Shown here piece after piece: positions 19,175-28,915 of a stretch of DNA of 64,000 nucleotides. The notes below the pieces were generated by a model that searched no databases, had not been told where the DNA came from, and was given only the letters and a program-made list of their open reading frames with translations. The DNA is from an uncultured delta proteobacterium. Lineage in GTDB: Bacteria > Desulfobacterota > Binatia > HRBIN30 > BPIQ01. How positions within the stretch are numbered: position 1 is the first letter of the stretch; each line of letters begins with the position of its first letter. The position numbers and the translations under genes were made by a program. The stretch lies in the NCBI GenBank assembly GCA_963761335.1, contig CAVXGR010000018.1:1123522-1187521 (forward strand), written 5' to 3'.

Positions 19175-20727
19175 TCGGCCCGCGGGCCGGTGGGTGAGGG
19201 CGGCCGAGACGGCCGCGGCCCCAGGCCGACGACGGCGATCAGTGCGGCGAGGGACAGCCAGCCCGGCCAATCGCCCCATCGCGTGTAGAGTGTCTCCTCG
19301 TCCAGCATGTGCACGGTGGCGATCAGGTTCTCGCGCCTCAGCAGCCCGCTGCGCGCGATGAGCCGTCCGCTCGGGTCGACGACGGCGCTGATGCCGCTGT
19401 TGGTGGAACGCACCAGATAGCGAGCGTGCTCCACGGCGCGCGCCCGCGCCATTGCCAGGTGCAGCCAGGGCTCCTGCGAGTCGCCGAACCAGGAGTCGTT
19501 GGCGAGGGTGACAATGAGCTGCGGTCTGGCCTCGCGCAGCATGCGGCGCACGAACGCCGGGCGCACGGCTTCGTAGCAGATCGGTGTCGAGATGCGCCAC
19601 CGACCGAGCGACAGCGCCGGCGTGTCGGTGGCGGCGGTGAACTCCGAGGACTTCGCCAGGGACGGCGCCAGGGGCTCCAGCCATTTCGCCAGCGGCACGT
19701 ACTCGGTGAAGGGGATGAGAAGATTCTTGTCGTAAACGTCGCGAATGACGCCGTCGGCACCGGCGAGCAGCGCCGAGTTGTACTTGAGGCGCTGCCCGCT
19801 GTCGCCGCGCACCGAGGCGGCGCCGAAGAGAATCGGCACGGCGAGGTCGCCGACGACGTAGCGTGCCGACAGCGGCAGCGGGCGCAGTAGCCCGCGCGTG
19901 TAAACGGTCTCCGGCCAGACCACCAGATCGGGCTTCTCCTGGGCGAGGAGCTCCCGGGTCTGCTGCAGATACTTGCGGTGATCGAGCGCGGCGTTCCGCC
20001 CCTTCTCGAATACTCCGAGGTTGCCCTGAACGATGCCGACGCGCAGCGCCGGTGCCGCGGCGACGGCGTTCTCGAGGTGATGGAGGTGCACGGCGCCGTA
20101 GGTGCAGGCGAGGGCCGTACCCAGGGCGGCAGCGGCCCACGCCCGGTCCGGCCGCGGAGCTCTTGCCGCGATCCACCGCCAGGTCGCGAAGAGGGCGAGG
20201 TTGAGCAGCACCAGGAGGGCGCTGAGCAGCAGTGGGCCGCCGAGCGCGGAGATCTGCATCACCAGCTCGCCTGAGAGGGCGTGCCCGAGATAGACGGGAA
20301 AGAGCGCCGGATAGAGCCATTCGGTCACCAGCAAGGGGAGCAGGGCCGCGGCTATGAGCGGCCCGCCGCGGCGACGGACGAGCGCGTAGCCGGCGGCATA
20401 GAGGGCGAAGCGCAGAGCGAACCAGGAGGCGTCGGCGGCCCAGAGGAGCGCGCCGAGCAGAACATTGCCGCCGAGGAAGACGTCGACGAGCCTCCATATC
20501 CAGTAGAAGCCGCCGGCATAGGCAGCGATGCCGAAGGTGAAGCCGAGGCGCGCCGCTTTCCAGGAGTCGCCGGCCGCATCTTCCTCGAGCGCCTCCCAGA
20601 GGGCCGCGAGGCAGAGCAGGGCCAGCGGCCAGATGCCGAAGCCGACGAAGCCGAGAAAGGCGAGGACGCCCCCGGTCGCCGCCAGCACGTACGGGCGGGC
20701 TCTCGCCAGGGTGCGGCTGTGTGGCAC
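19171..20727 (-). CDS. lnt: Apolipoprotein N-acyltransferase
   Basis: TM-rich N-terminus with VQGN, VVWPET, YDK..LIPF.E, ICYE and ANDSWFG nitrilase-fold motifs. Confidence 0.9.
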   Translation of the reverse strand: MPHSRTLARARPYVLAATGGVLAFLGFVGFGIWPLALLCLAALWEALEEDAAGDSWKAARLGFTFGIAAYAGGFYWIWRLVDVFLGGNVLLGALLWAADASWFALRFALYAAGYALVRRRGGPLIAAALLPLLVTEWLYPALFPVYLGHALSGELVMQISALGGPLLLSALLVLLNLALFATWRWIAARAPRPDRAWAAAALGTALACTYGAVHLHHLENAVAAAPALRVGIVQGNLGVFEKGRNAALDHRKYLQQTRELLAQEKPDLVVWPETVYTRGLLRPLPLSARYVVGDLAVPILFGAASVRGDSGQRLKYNSALLAGADGVIRDVYDKNLLIPFTEYVPLAKWLEPLAPSLAKSSEFTAATDTPALSLGRWRISTPICYEAVRPAFVRRMLREARPQLIVTLANDSWFGDSQEPWLHLAMARARAVEHARYLVRSTNSGISAVVDPSGRLIARSGLLRRENLIATVHMLDEETLYTRWGDWPGWLSLAALIAVVGLGPRPSRPPSPTGPRAE

Positions 20728-20729
20728 CG

Positions 20730-21467
20730 CTAGGGCAGCTTCAGGCAGACGTCCGTCCCCGGGGCGGCGCGTTGGCGCGCGGTGCGGCCTTCCTGGTCTT
20801 TCAGAGCCGCATCGGCGCCCCGCTGAAGCAGGAGCGCGGCCATCTCGCCGTGCCCCTTGGCGCAGGCCACGATCAGCGGCGTGTCACCGAACTGGTCGCG
20901 GGCATTGGCGTCGGCCTGGTGATCGAGAAGAAAGGCGACGACGTCGCGGTGATCGGTGAGCGCCGCCTGGAAGAGGGGGGTGCGCTGTTGCTTGTCTCGG
21001 CTGTCTACGGCGGCGCCGTGCTCGACCAGGTAGCGGACCAGATCGAGGCGACCATGCTCGGCCGCGAAGCTCAGCGGGGTTCTTCCGCCGACGTCCGCCT
21101 CGTCGAGCGCGGCCCCCTTTTCGTGCAGCCAGCGCGCCAGATCGAGGTCGCCGGCGTCCATGACGGCCAGGAAAAGGGTGTTGCGACCGAGATCGTCTCT
21201 GGAGTTGATGCCGGCGCCGAGCTGCAGGGCGCGCTCGACGGTGGGCCGGTCGTCGCGGCGCACGCCGTCGAGGAGCCGCTGCTCGAGCGTGAAGGGCTCG
21301 GGATTGCGGGGCTCCCCGGTCCCCATCACCAGGTTGCGCACCGGCCCCTTGGGGACCGGTTGGGGCGATGGCGTGGCGGCGGGCGCCGCCGAGGACGGCG
21401 TCTGTGCATCGCAGGAGGCCGTCAGGAGCAGCAGTATCGCCAGCGCCGCGCGCGCCGCCTTCCGCAG
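20730..21467 (-). CDS. Ankyrin-repeat lipoprotein
   Basis: Repeated GRTPLxxAA ankyrin motifs and an LTASC lipobox-like signal. True start uncertain. Confidence 0.75.
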   Translation of the reverse strand: MRKAARAALAILLLLTASCDAQTPSSAAPAATPSPQPVPKGPVRNLVMGTGEPRNPEPFTLEQRLLDGVRRDDRPTVERALQLGAGINSRDDLGRNTLFLAVMDAGDLDLARWLHEKGAALDEADVGGRTPLSFAAEHGRLDLVRYLVEHGAAVDSRDKQQRTPLFQAALTDHRDVVAFLLDHQADANARDQFGDTPLIVACAKGHGEMAALLLQRGADAALKDQEGRTARQRAAPGTDVCLKLP

Positions 21468-21482
21468 TGGCCCGGCCTCAAA

Positions 21483-21532
21483 GTAGAAGCGCCGTCTCGG
21501 CGCTTTCCGAAGCGGCGGGACGCCGCTTCTAC
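21483..21532. repeat. GTAG-ended REP-like palindrome, copy 2
   Basis: Two mismatches to 19125-19174. Confidence 0.75.
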
Positions 21533-21658
21533 ACTCTCTCGCGCGCCGGCGCAGCGGCGCTCCAGGACGATACGTGCGCGTCTCTGTAGGGAGGTCAGAT
21601 CCAGACGCGTCGGTGCGGGGCCCGCCGGGGCCCCGCACCGCGGTGTCGGCCGCGCGAC

Positions 21659-22975
21659 TCAAGCGCCGGAGATCGCGTCGTTGATGATCGGAGCGACGAT
21701 CTGCATGCCGGGATCCTCGTTGTTGTAGTAGTTCTCCGGCTCGACGATGCGGGTCTGCTGGCCGTTGGTGATGAAGCGCGTCAGGAATGTTTCGAATGGC
21801 ATCATACCGCTCGGGCACTTCCAGCTTTGCGTCCACGGCCACTCGAACACCTCGTACCACTTCTTCTTGCGCACCGTCGGGCACGCGTGGCTGCCGATGA
21901 AGGTGATGATCGACACGCAGTGGCTGTCGTTGATCGGCCGGTGCCACGGGATGATGTAGCTGTAGTTGGAGTAGTTCTTGATCTGGTTGACCAGGTTCGC
22001 CTGATCCTGGCGCCACTTCTGCAGAACGCCTGCCTGGTCGATGCCGGGATAGAACCGCTCGTAGGAGAAGCGGGAGAAATTGTAGTCGCTCGAGTACCCG
22101 ACGTAGGCCATCTTGTCATTCGGGAACTGCGTGGCGACCATGGCGTTCATGCTGCCGAAGTCGTTCGGGTCGAACGAGGCCGGCAGCTGGTCGTAGAGCG
22201 ACTGCAGATTCCACTGCGCGGTGATCAGCTGGTGCAGCGGCCGCGAGTTGTAGGTGGCGTTGGGCGCCGGGAAGATCGGCCCCGAGTCATTCAGCAGGTA
22301 GGCGTGCGACGGCACCAGGGTGCGGCGCGCCTGATAGAAGACGGCGCTGCTGGCCACGCCGCCGGCGCTGAAGCCGGTGACCACCAGCTTGTTGATGCTC
22401 GGAAAGCGCGAGTGCAGGAAGTTGAGTGCCGCCACCGCGTTGTTGTAGCCGTTGTGGCGATAGGTGATCGGCGGCTGCTGGCCGCTCGGATCGGTATAGG
22501 TGACGACGCGGTTCCCCACGTGCACGTCGCCGGTGCAGTAGGGCATGTAGACCATGTCGAAGCCGTTGGTGGCGATATAGGTCTTGGAGCGGAACGGCGG
22601 GATGCCGGGATCGGCACCGTTCACCAGCGGCGAGACGTACTTGGCCTTGAACTGGGTGATGTAGTCGGTGGGAATGCCATTGGGATTGGAGGCGCCGAGA
22701 ACACCCGCCTGGCCGCTGCAGGTGGCGTAATCCCAGCAGGCTCCGCCGCCTTCGAACGAGATGAGCATGCTGTTGGAGCTCGGGTTGTCGTAGTACCAGA
22801 AGCGGTACTGCGAGCCGTCGCTGCAGACGGTGCCCGGTAGCTCGACGAGCTGCCAGGCGTAGTTGTTGCCGCCGTCGACGATGTCCTCGATGCCGATGGC
22901 GTGGGCGGCGCGCAGCGGTAACGCCGCCATGAGCAAAGCGAAGCTCCAGATACCGACCTGTGCCCTGATCTTCAT
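21659..22975 (-). CDS. Secreted pectinacetylesterase-family hydrolase
   Basis: CSDGS, FEGGGACW, PYCTGDVH and GFSAGG motifs; signal peptide. Confidence 0.85.
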   Translation of the reverse strand: MKIRAQVGIWSFALLMAALPLRAAHAIGIEDIVDGGNNYAWQLVELPGTVCSDGSQYRFWYYDNPSSNSMLISFEGGGACWDYATCSGQAGVLGASNPNGIPTDYITQFKAKYVSPLVNGADPGIPPFRSKTYIATNGFDMVYMPYCTGDVHVGNRVVTYTDPSGQQPPITYRHNGYNNAVAALNFLHSRFPSINKLVVTGFSAGGVASSAVFYQARRTLVPSHAYLLNDSGPIFPAPNATYNSRPLHQLITAQWNLQSLYDQLPASFDPNDFGSMNAMVATQFPNDKMAYVGYSSDYNFSRFSYERFYPGIDQAGVLQKWRQDQANLVNQIKNYSNYSYIIPWHRPINDSHCVSIITFIGSHACPTVRKKKWYEVFEWPWTQSWKCPSGMMPFETFLTRFITNGQQTRIVEPENYYNNEDPGMQIVAPIINDAISGA

Positions 22976-23137
22976 ACCTTCCCCCTCTTTGTGCTTGGGC
23001 GCGCCGTGAGTCCGCGCGCGACTCAGGTTTGTGGTACCGTCTCGCCAACCGTGGCGATTGCTCGTGTGCGGCCTAAGTTGCCATTTGCTCCGCGCTTGTC
23101 AAGGCAAATGTTGCGCCCTGTTTCGGCTCGGCGGCGC

Positions 23138-23875
23138 TCACTTGTCGGCGGGCGGGGCGGCGGCGCCGCCGTCGAACTTCGCCTGGTCCGCCAACCATGC
23201 GGCGCGCGCCTCATCCTGCTTGTGCTTGCGCGCCAGGGCCTCTTCCACCTGGCGAGGGATCTCCTCGATGCGCGCCAGATGGAGGCGCCGGGCGAGCTCG
23301 AGCAGCGACACGTCGCGTTCCGGGAGCTGATCGCGGTAGTGATCGAGCAGGTAGGTGGTGAACTCGACGTAATCGGTGGAGAGCTGGGCGCGGTGATCGT
23401 AGTAGTTGCGGATCTCGTCTTCGCTGCCGGTCCCTGAGAGCACCTTGCCGTACTCGACGTTCCAGTGGGCCCGTTCGGCTTGGCGCGCCGCGATCACCGC
23501 TTCGTCCTTGGTCGGCGCCGACATCTTGAAGTAGAGGTTGTCGGGCATCGCCCGGCGCACGGCGTCGAGATCGACCGCCGACCAGGCCTCGGCGATCTCG
23601 TCCATGCGGTCGGGGACCAGCTGATCCGCCGGAATCGAGGCGTCGTCCGGAGCGGGCGATGGCGCCGGCACGTGTCCGGGAGGCACGGTCGGCAGGGGCC
23701 GCTCTGGCGCCGCGGGAGGCGGCTGCGCTGCGGCGGGATTTGCCAGCGGCAGTGCGGCGCCGGCGATCTCACCCGGCGGCGCGGGGCTGTGCCGCGGGCG
23801 CAGCCCCAGCCAGGCGACGAGAGCTGCGGCGGCAAAGCCGCCGATGACGATCAGTGCGAATCGACGTGACCCCAT
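23138..23875 (-). CDS. Membrane-anchored hypothetical protein (Pro-rich linker, helical domain)
   Basis: N-terminal TM segment; operon-like spacing with neighbours. Confidence 0.65.
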   Translation of the reverse strand: MGSRRFALIVIGGFAAAALVAWLGLRPRHSPAPPGEIAGAALPLANPAAAQPPPAAPERPLPTVPPGHVPAPSPAPDDASIPADQLVPDRMDEIAEAWSAVDLDAVRRAMPDNLYFKMSAPTKDEAVIAARQAERAHWNVEYGKVLSGTGSEDEIRNYYDHRAQLSTDYVEFTTYLLDHYRDQLPERDVSLLELARRLHLARIEEIPRQVEEALARKHKQDEARAAWLADQAKFDGGAAAPPADK

Positions 23876-23880
23876 GCCGC

Positions 23881-25053
23881 TTACTCCTCGAGGACGCCGA
23901 TGCCGTCGGGAAAGTTGAGTCCTTGGTCGATGGTCTCGGGCGGCTGCGGCTCGCCGTTCTCGAAGCGAATGCGGCGCACGCTTCCGGCATTCTCGCCTGG
24001 CCCGATGTCGGTCGCCCCGACCACCACGCCGATGTCGGCGTAGTAGAGCGTCCCTTGCGAATCGAGCCCGATCCCGAAGGGGGTGCCGGTCGGGAACGGC
24101 GGCAGACCGGTCGTCGGGGGCTGAAGGATGGTCCGCAGAAATTGACCGCCGGCATCGTACTCGGCGATGACGCCGTTGAAGACGCTCGACACGTAGAACG
24201 TCCCGGATGCCGTCTGCACGACGGCGTTTGGCGTTGGCAGATGCATCTGGTCGAGGATGAAGGTCTCGGCGTTCACCGAATCGGCGACAGGTGCGCCCGT
24301 GCCGTCGATCTGGCCGCAGCCGCCGGCGGCGTCGTCGCCGGTCGGAAAGGGCGGGCTGTAGCGGAGAACGCGACCGCCTCCGGGCATATCGCCGCCGCGG
24401 GCGCTGGCGACGTAGATGCGGTCGTCGGCGTCCACCCAGATTCCACCGGCGGTGGCGATGCCGATGTCGAGCTTGCAGTAGTGCTGCTCGGCGGGAGGGC
24501 GGTCGAACGGCGGAAACCAGATGATCAGCTGTCCATCCCCCGGACCGGAGGCCTGATTGCCCACGTCGGTGGTCAGCGCCGCTCCGCTGCTGAGGAAGCC
24601 GCAGCCGTAGTTCTCGGCGTTGTCCGCCGACCCCTGGTAGGTCGGCGTCAGCTTGCCGATCTCCTGCGCCGAGAGCTCACTCACCGCCTCGCCGTGGAGC
24701 TGAAAGATTCCCCAGCCCTGTCGCGGGTTCGGTTGATTGGTATCCTCGCCGGCAATGAAGCGACGCGAGCCGTCGGGAAAGAAACAGATCTGCGCGTTGA
24801 TGTCGCGGCCGTAGTCCGGAATGTCGTCGGAGCTGGGAATGACGACGCGCTTCTCGAAGGTGCTGGCGTCGTAGGCGTCGAGGCGGTTGTTCTCGGCGTT
24901 GAAGATGATGACCGAGTGCGTGCCGCTGCCGCCATTGCCGTCACCGCCACAGCCGGCTAGCGGCGGCAGCAGACCCGCGGCCAGCAGCGCCGACAGCAGC
25001 AGAAAGTGTTCCCGCCGCCGGGCGCGGTGCAGATTCCCAGTACGCTCGCCCAT
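23881..25053 (-). CDS. Hypothetical lipoprotein, probable beta-propeller
   Basis: LAGC lipobox and repeated PxGI/LYYAD strands. Confidence 0.65.
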   Translation of the reverse strand: MGERTGNLHRARRREHFLLLSALLAAGLLPPLAGCGGDGNGGSGTHSVIIFNAENNRLDAYDASTFEKRVVIPSSDDIPDYGRDINAQICFFPDGSRRFIAGEDTNQPNPRQGWGIFQLHGEAVSELSAQEIGKLTPTYQGSADNAENYGCGFLSSGAALTTDVGNQASGPGDGQLIIWFPPFDRPPAEQHYCKLDIGIATAGGIWVDADDRIYVASARGGDMPGGGRVLRYSPPFPTGDDAAGGCGQIDGTGAPVADSVNAETFILDQMHLPTPNAVVQTASGTFYVSSVFNGVIAEYDAGGQFLRTILQPPTTGLPPFPTGTPFGIGLDSQGTLYYADIGVVVGATDIGPGENAGSVRRIRFENGEPQPPETIDQGLNFPDGIGVLEE

Positions 25054-25138
25054 GATCGCCCCTCCCGCCATGGTTCGCCCGCGTTTGGCGAATGCGGCTC
25101 AGTACCGCGGCGCTCGCGCCGCTGTCAAATGTCGCCGA

Positions 25139-26056
25139 TCACTTCCGCTTTCGGGCGCGCGGGCGCGGCCGCACGACGTGCTGCCGGCGCGGCTTTCGGG
25201 AGCGCGGTCCCTGGCTGTAGTCGCCGAAGGGCTGATCGCGCCGGCGCACCGCCTCGCCGACACCCTGATCGGCGGCGGTGGCGACGAAGTCGAGAGCCTC
25301 GGGGGTGTTGCGCATGTAGCCGTCGATGACCGGACCGAGCAGCTGGGTGCTGTGCAGGCCCATGTTGTCGTACGCCTGATTGACGATCAGCTTCATTGCC
25401 GCGAGCTGCGAGAGGGGAATCTGCGCCAGCCGCTCGGCGCAGCGGCGCACCTCGGCCTTCAGCCGGCGAAAGGGAACGGCCTTGTTGATCAGCTCGACGG
25501 CGGCCGCCTCCTTGCCGCTCAGCGGCTCTCCCGTGAGCGCGTGCCACTTGGCGCGTGTCAGCCCGAGGCGGTAGAGCCACATGCCGGTCAGGTAGCAGCC
25601 CCACATGCGCGAGTACGGGGTGCCGATCTGCGCGTCCTCCGCGGCGATGACGATGTCGGCGCACAGCGCCATGTCGGAGCCGCCGCCGACGCACCAGCCG
25701 TGCACCTGTGCGATCACCGGCTTGGGGCTGCGCCAGAGACTCATGAACTTGGGGACGGGCGCCGCGAAGGGGCTGGTCGTGTAGATGAGGTCCTTCCCGG
25801 GGTCCCAGCGCCCCTGCGTCGTCAGCTCCTCCTTGAAGTGGCCGAAGTCCTCGGAGAAGTCGAAGCCGGCGCAGAAGGCGCGGCCGGCGCCGCGGAGAAC
25901 GATGACGCGCACCTGCGGATCCCGGTTGGCGGCGATCACCGCCTGCTCCAGCTCGTCCGGCATCGGCGGCACGATGGTGTTGAGTCTCTCGGGTCGATTG
26001 AGTGTGATCGTCGCCACGGCGCCGTCGGTGTCGTAGAGAATCGTCTCGTAGGGCAT
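25139..26056 (-). CDS. Enoyl-CoA hydratase/isomerase family protein
   Basis: ITLNRPE.LN, FCAGFD and KPVIAQVHGWCVGGG motifs. Confidence 0.92.
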   Translation of the reverse strand: MPYETILYDTDGAVATITLNRPERLNTIVPPMPDELEQAVIAANRDPQVRVIVLRGAGRAFCAGFDFSEDFGHFKEELTTQGRWDPGKDLIYTTSPFAAPVPKFMSLWRSPKPVIAQVHGWCVGGGSDMALCADIVIAAEDAQIGTPYSRMWGCYLTGMWLYRLGLTRAKWHALTGEPLSGKEAAAVELINKAVPFRRLKAEVRRCAERLAQIPLSQLAAMKLIVNQAYDNMGLHSTQLLGPVIDGYMRNTPEALDFVATAADQGVGEAVRRRDQPFGDYSQGPRSRKPRRQHVVRPRPRARKRK

Positions 26057-26545
26057 GGGTCGCGTCTCCTGGATTCCAGCTCTTGGGCAAAGGCTCTGCT
26101 AGCATCCCGGTCTCGACGGCGAAAGGCGGAAGGGGACAGGCAGGTGGGGACAGGCTTTTTCCAACGAATCGAGCCCCGGTGCCGCCGCCGAAGGTTGTTG
26201 CGTTGTTGGTTGTTGGTTGTTGGTAAGAAGGGGGGAACCGACCTAGCAACCAACAACCCGCCCGCAGCCAACGGGCATTCCGCTGGGCAAAGCCAGGATG
26301 CACTGCTTCGAAAATCTGTTGGGTGTGCGCTTCGGGGGCGCGTTCCCTCTCCCGCATTACTTGGCGGGGGTTACCATGTACGGCATGGTGATTGCCGCGG
26401 GGAGCTCGAACGCGAGGGGGGTTGGTAGCCTCCGCTCCCGCGGGCCTCAAGGACCATATTCCCCTCGTCGCCTCCCTGCGGTCGGCGCCGATTCCTCGCG
26501 GAACAAAATCGTCCTTGACCCCCGCTCCGCTGCGGCTGGTGGGGG

Positions 26546-28086
26546 CTCCTATGGCGGAAAGGGAGACCTTTCCGCCTGCGGACAAGGCGGAACGCTCCAC
26601 CCGGAGCAGAGGGGGCAGAGGCAACGCGTGCCTTATCGCGCCGAAAAGGGGAGCCTCCTTCTCAGAAACGCGAGACGCCACAGTGGCGTTCAGCAACGCT
26701 GCATCGCAGGCAGCAAAACGGAAGGAGACTCCCATGCGAAGATTAGTTCTAAAGCCCGTAGGCAAGCAACACCTCCCAACGCGCCCCGCCGCCGGCGAGA
26801 GCGTGATCATCGGTGTCGATCTGTCGCGCTCGAAATGGGTCTACACCTGTCGCTGGAGTGGGCTGGAGCAGCGGCGGCTGAGCACCCCCGGCGAGCTCTG
26901 CCACCTCCAAGCTCTGGCAGGCGAGTACCGGGGCTACGGCTGCCACGTGCACATCGTCTACGAGGCCTGCGGCTTCGGCTACGAGATCGCCTGGTGGGCG
27001 CAGGCGCAGGGACTCGATGTGCTGGTGGTGCCGCCGAGCACCGTGGAGAAGGCACCCGGCAGCCACGTGAAGACCGATGGACACGACGCCAGCGGCCTGG
27101 CACTGCGCTACGAGAGAGGAATGCTCAAAGGCATCCACATTCCGGTCCGGAACTGTCACCAGCTGCGCCAGCTGTCGCGCACTTACGATGCCGCTCTGCG
27201 CGATCGCAAGAGACAGCAAGCCAGAGTGCGCATGCTGCTCCAAGAGCACGGATACATGCCGCCTGCGCCGAGCGCCGGCTGGTCGACGCTCGGGCAGTGG
27301 CTGGCGGCCCAGGAGTTCGCCGCCGCCCTCAAGGCCTGTGTGGCGCAGCTGCTCATCCTGCGCCAGAGCGCCGCGATGAGCACCAAGATGCTCAAGACAG
27401 AGCTGCTTGGGGTCGCTGCCCTGCCGCAGTACAAGCCACTGGTTCAGGCGCTCACCGCGCAGTCCGGTGTGGGCAAATTCACCGCGATTCGCTTCGTGCT
27501 CGAGGTGGGCGACATCCATCGCTTTGCCACCGCCGACTCCATCGTCAACTTCTACGGCCTCGCGCCCCAGGAGCACAGCACCGGCGACACCGTGCGACGG
27601 GGTCGGATTCGCAAGTGCGGTCCCGCCTTCATTCGCTCGTGGATCATCCAGTGCGCCTGGGTTGCTCGCGGTACCCGTGGCGATGCCGAGCTGCGGGAGT
27701 TCTACCAGAGACTGTGGCCGCGGGTCGGCAAGAAGAAGGCCATCGTGGCGGTGGCGCGCAAGCTGGCACTGCGGCTGCGAGCTCGCTGGCTCGCCTACGA
27801 GCGGAGCCAGGCGCAAGCGGCCTAGACTCTTGTTCATCGACCACCAACCCGCTCCGCATCCGGCAGGCTGTCCCCTCGAGCGACTGCGTCTGGCCCTCTG
27901 GTTGCGCCGCAAGGTGCCAACGTTCGGGAGTTTTGCAGCGCTCGGCAATATCCAACGGGACGAATGATAACTTGGTGACCGTCCCCACACGAGGACGCGC
28001 ACGAATAGAAGACTCGCCACCGACGGATCGGAGCCCAGAACAGAGCGAGGGCGTACATGACCACTTGACAAGAGCCGTCATAGAAG
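26546..28086 (+). mobile_element. IS110-family insertion sequence (IS1111-like architecture)
   Basis: Transposase gene, imperfect sub-terminal inverted repeats (CTCCTATGGCGG 26546-26557 / CCGTCATAGAAG 28075-28086) and TTGACA at 28065. Ends are approximate. Confidence 0.7.
26734..27825 (+). CDS. IS110-family transposase/recombinase
   Basis: DEDD RuvC residues (GVDLS, YEACG, KTDGHDA), C-terminal GLAPxxxSTG serine motif and an AGGAGA RBS. Confidence 0.93.
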   Translation: MRRLVLKPVGKQHLPTRPAAGESVIIGVDLSRSKWVYTCRWSGLEQRRLSTPGELCHLQALAGEYRGYGCHVHIVYEACGFGYEIAWWAQAQGLDVLVVPPSTVEKAPGSHVKTDGHDASGLALRYERGMLKGIHIPVRNCHQLRQLSRTYDAALRDRKRQQARVRMLLQEHGYMPPAPSAGWSTLGQWLAAQEFAAALKACVAQLLILRQSAAMSTKMLKTELLGVAALPQYKPLVQALTAQSGVGKFTAIRFVLEVGDIHRFATADSIVNFYGLAPQEHSTGDTVRRGRIRKCGPAFIRSWIIQCAWVARGTRGDAELREFYQRLWPRVGKKKAIVAVARKLALRLRARWLAYERSQAQAA

Positions 28087-28139
28087 AGGGTCAGGGTTCA
28101 GTGAGACAGGAACCCCTCACCTTGATCCTCTCCCCGCAG

Positions 28140-28691
28140 AAAGATGCGGGGAGAGGAGACCCGCCCCCGCGGCGCGGAAGTATCATCGCAAGCGTCTGAT
28201 CGGTGAATCAGGACGCCGTCCATTTTCATCGTCTACTGGCGAGCCGCAAGGCTCATGAGGCACTGCTTCGAAAATCTGTTGGGTGAAGGTCTGGCGGAGC
28301 GCACCGGGGCTTGGCGTGGAGGCTTATCGCCCCGGAGGGGCGCAGGCATGTAGCCCCGGGTGTTAACCCGGGGACCGCGTTCGGCCCAGATCAGCGCCCC
28401 GCAGGGGCGCAGGCGTAGAGGCCGCGTGGATCACGTCGATGAGCTTCCCACGCACCCAGCGGTGATCATCGGCGTACAGGCGTGACATCGACGAAAACTT
28501 GCCCGCGCGCCTGACGGAGCCCGCCTGACGGAGCCCGCCTTCTTCCCCGGGTTTCACCCGGGGCTACACGCCACCGCCCCTCCGGGGCGAACTTCAGCCG
28601 GGCGAGGACCTCCAAGTCTCTTGCCGGCGCAGATCCCCAGCCTCGTTTTCATCGTCTGCTGGCGAGCGTAAGGCTCATGACGCACTGTCCC
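28140..28691. repeat. Composite MITE/REP-like repeat element, copy A
   Basis: Left half aligns to ~33661-33980 and right half to ~59283-59650. Contains CATGTAGCCCCGGG / CCCGGGGCTACACG inverted motifs. Confidence 0.75.
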
Positions 28692-28915
28692 CATTCGCCC
28701 TGTCCCTGTCGCGCCGCATCGTGGTACGACACGGCGCAGCGCCCGGCGCGAAAGGAGAGTGGCCATGGCGGTGATCTACCACGACGAGGATGCGACCATC
28801 GATGCGGTTCGCGGGGAGACGATTGCCCCCTGGGGCGTCGGACCGGAACCCGATAACCCAGGAACCCGATAACTCGAAAACCATCCCTAGCCGCGCGCGC
28901 CGCAAGGAGACCCAC

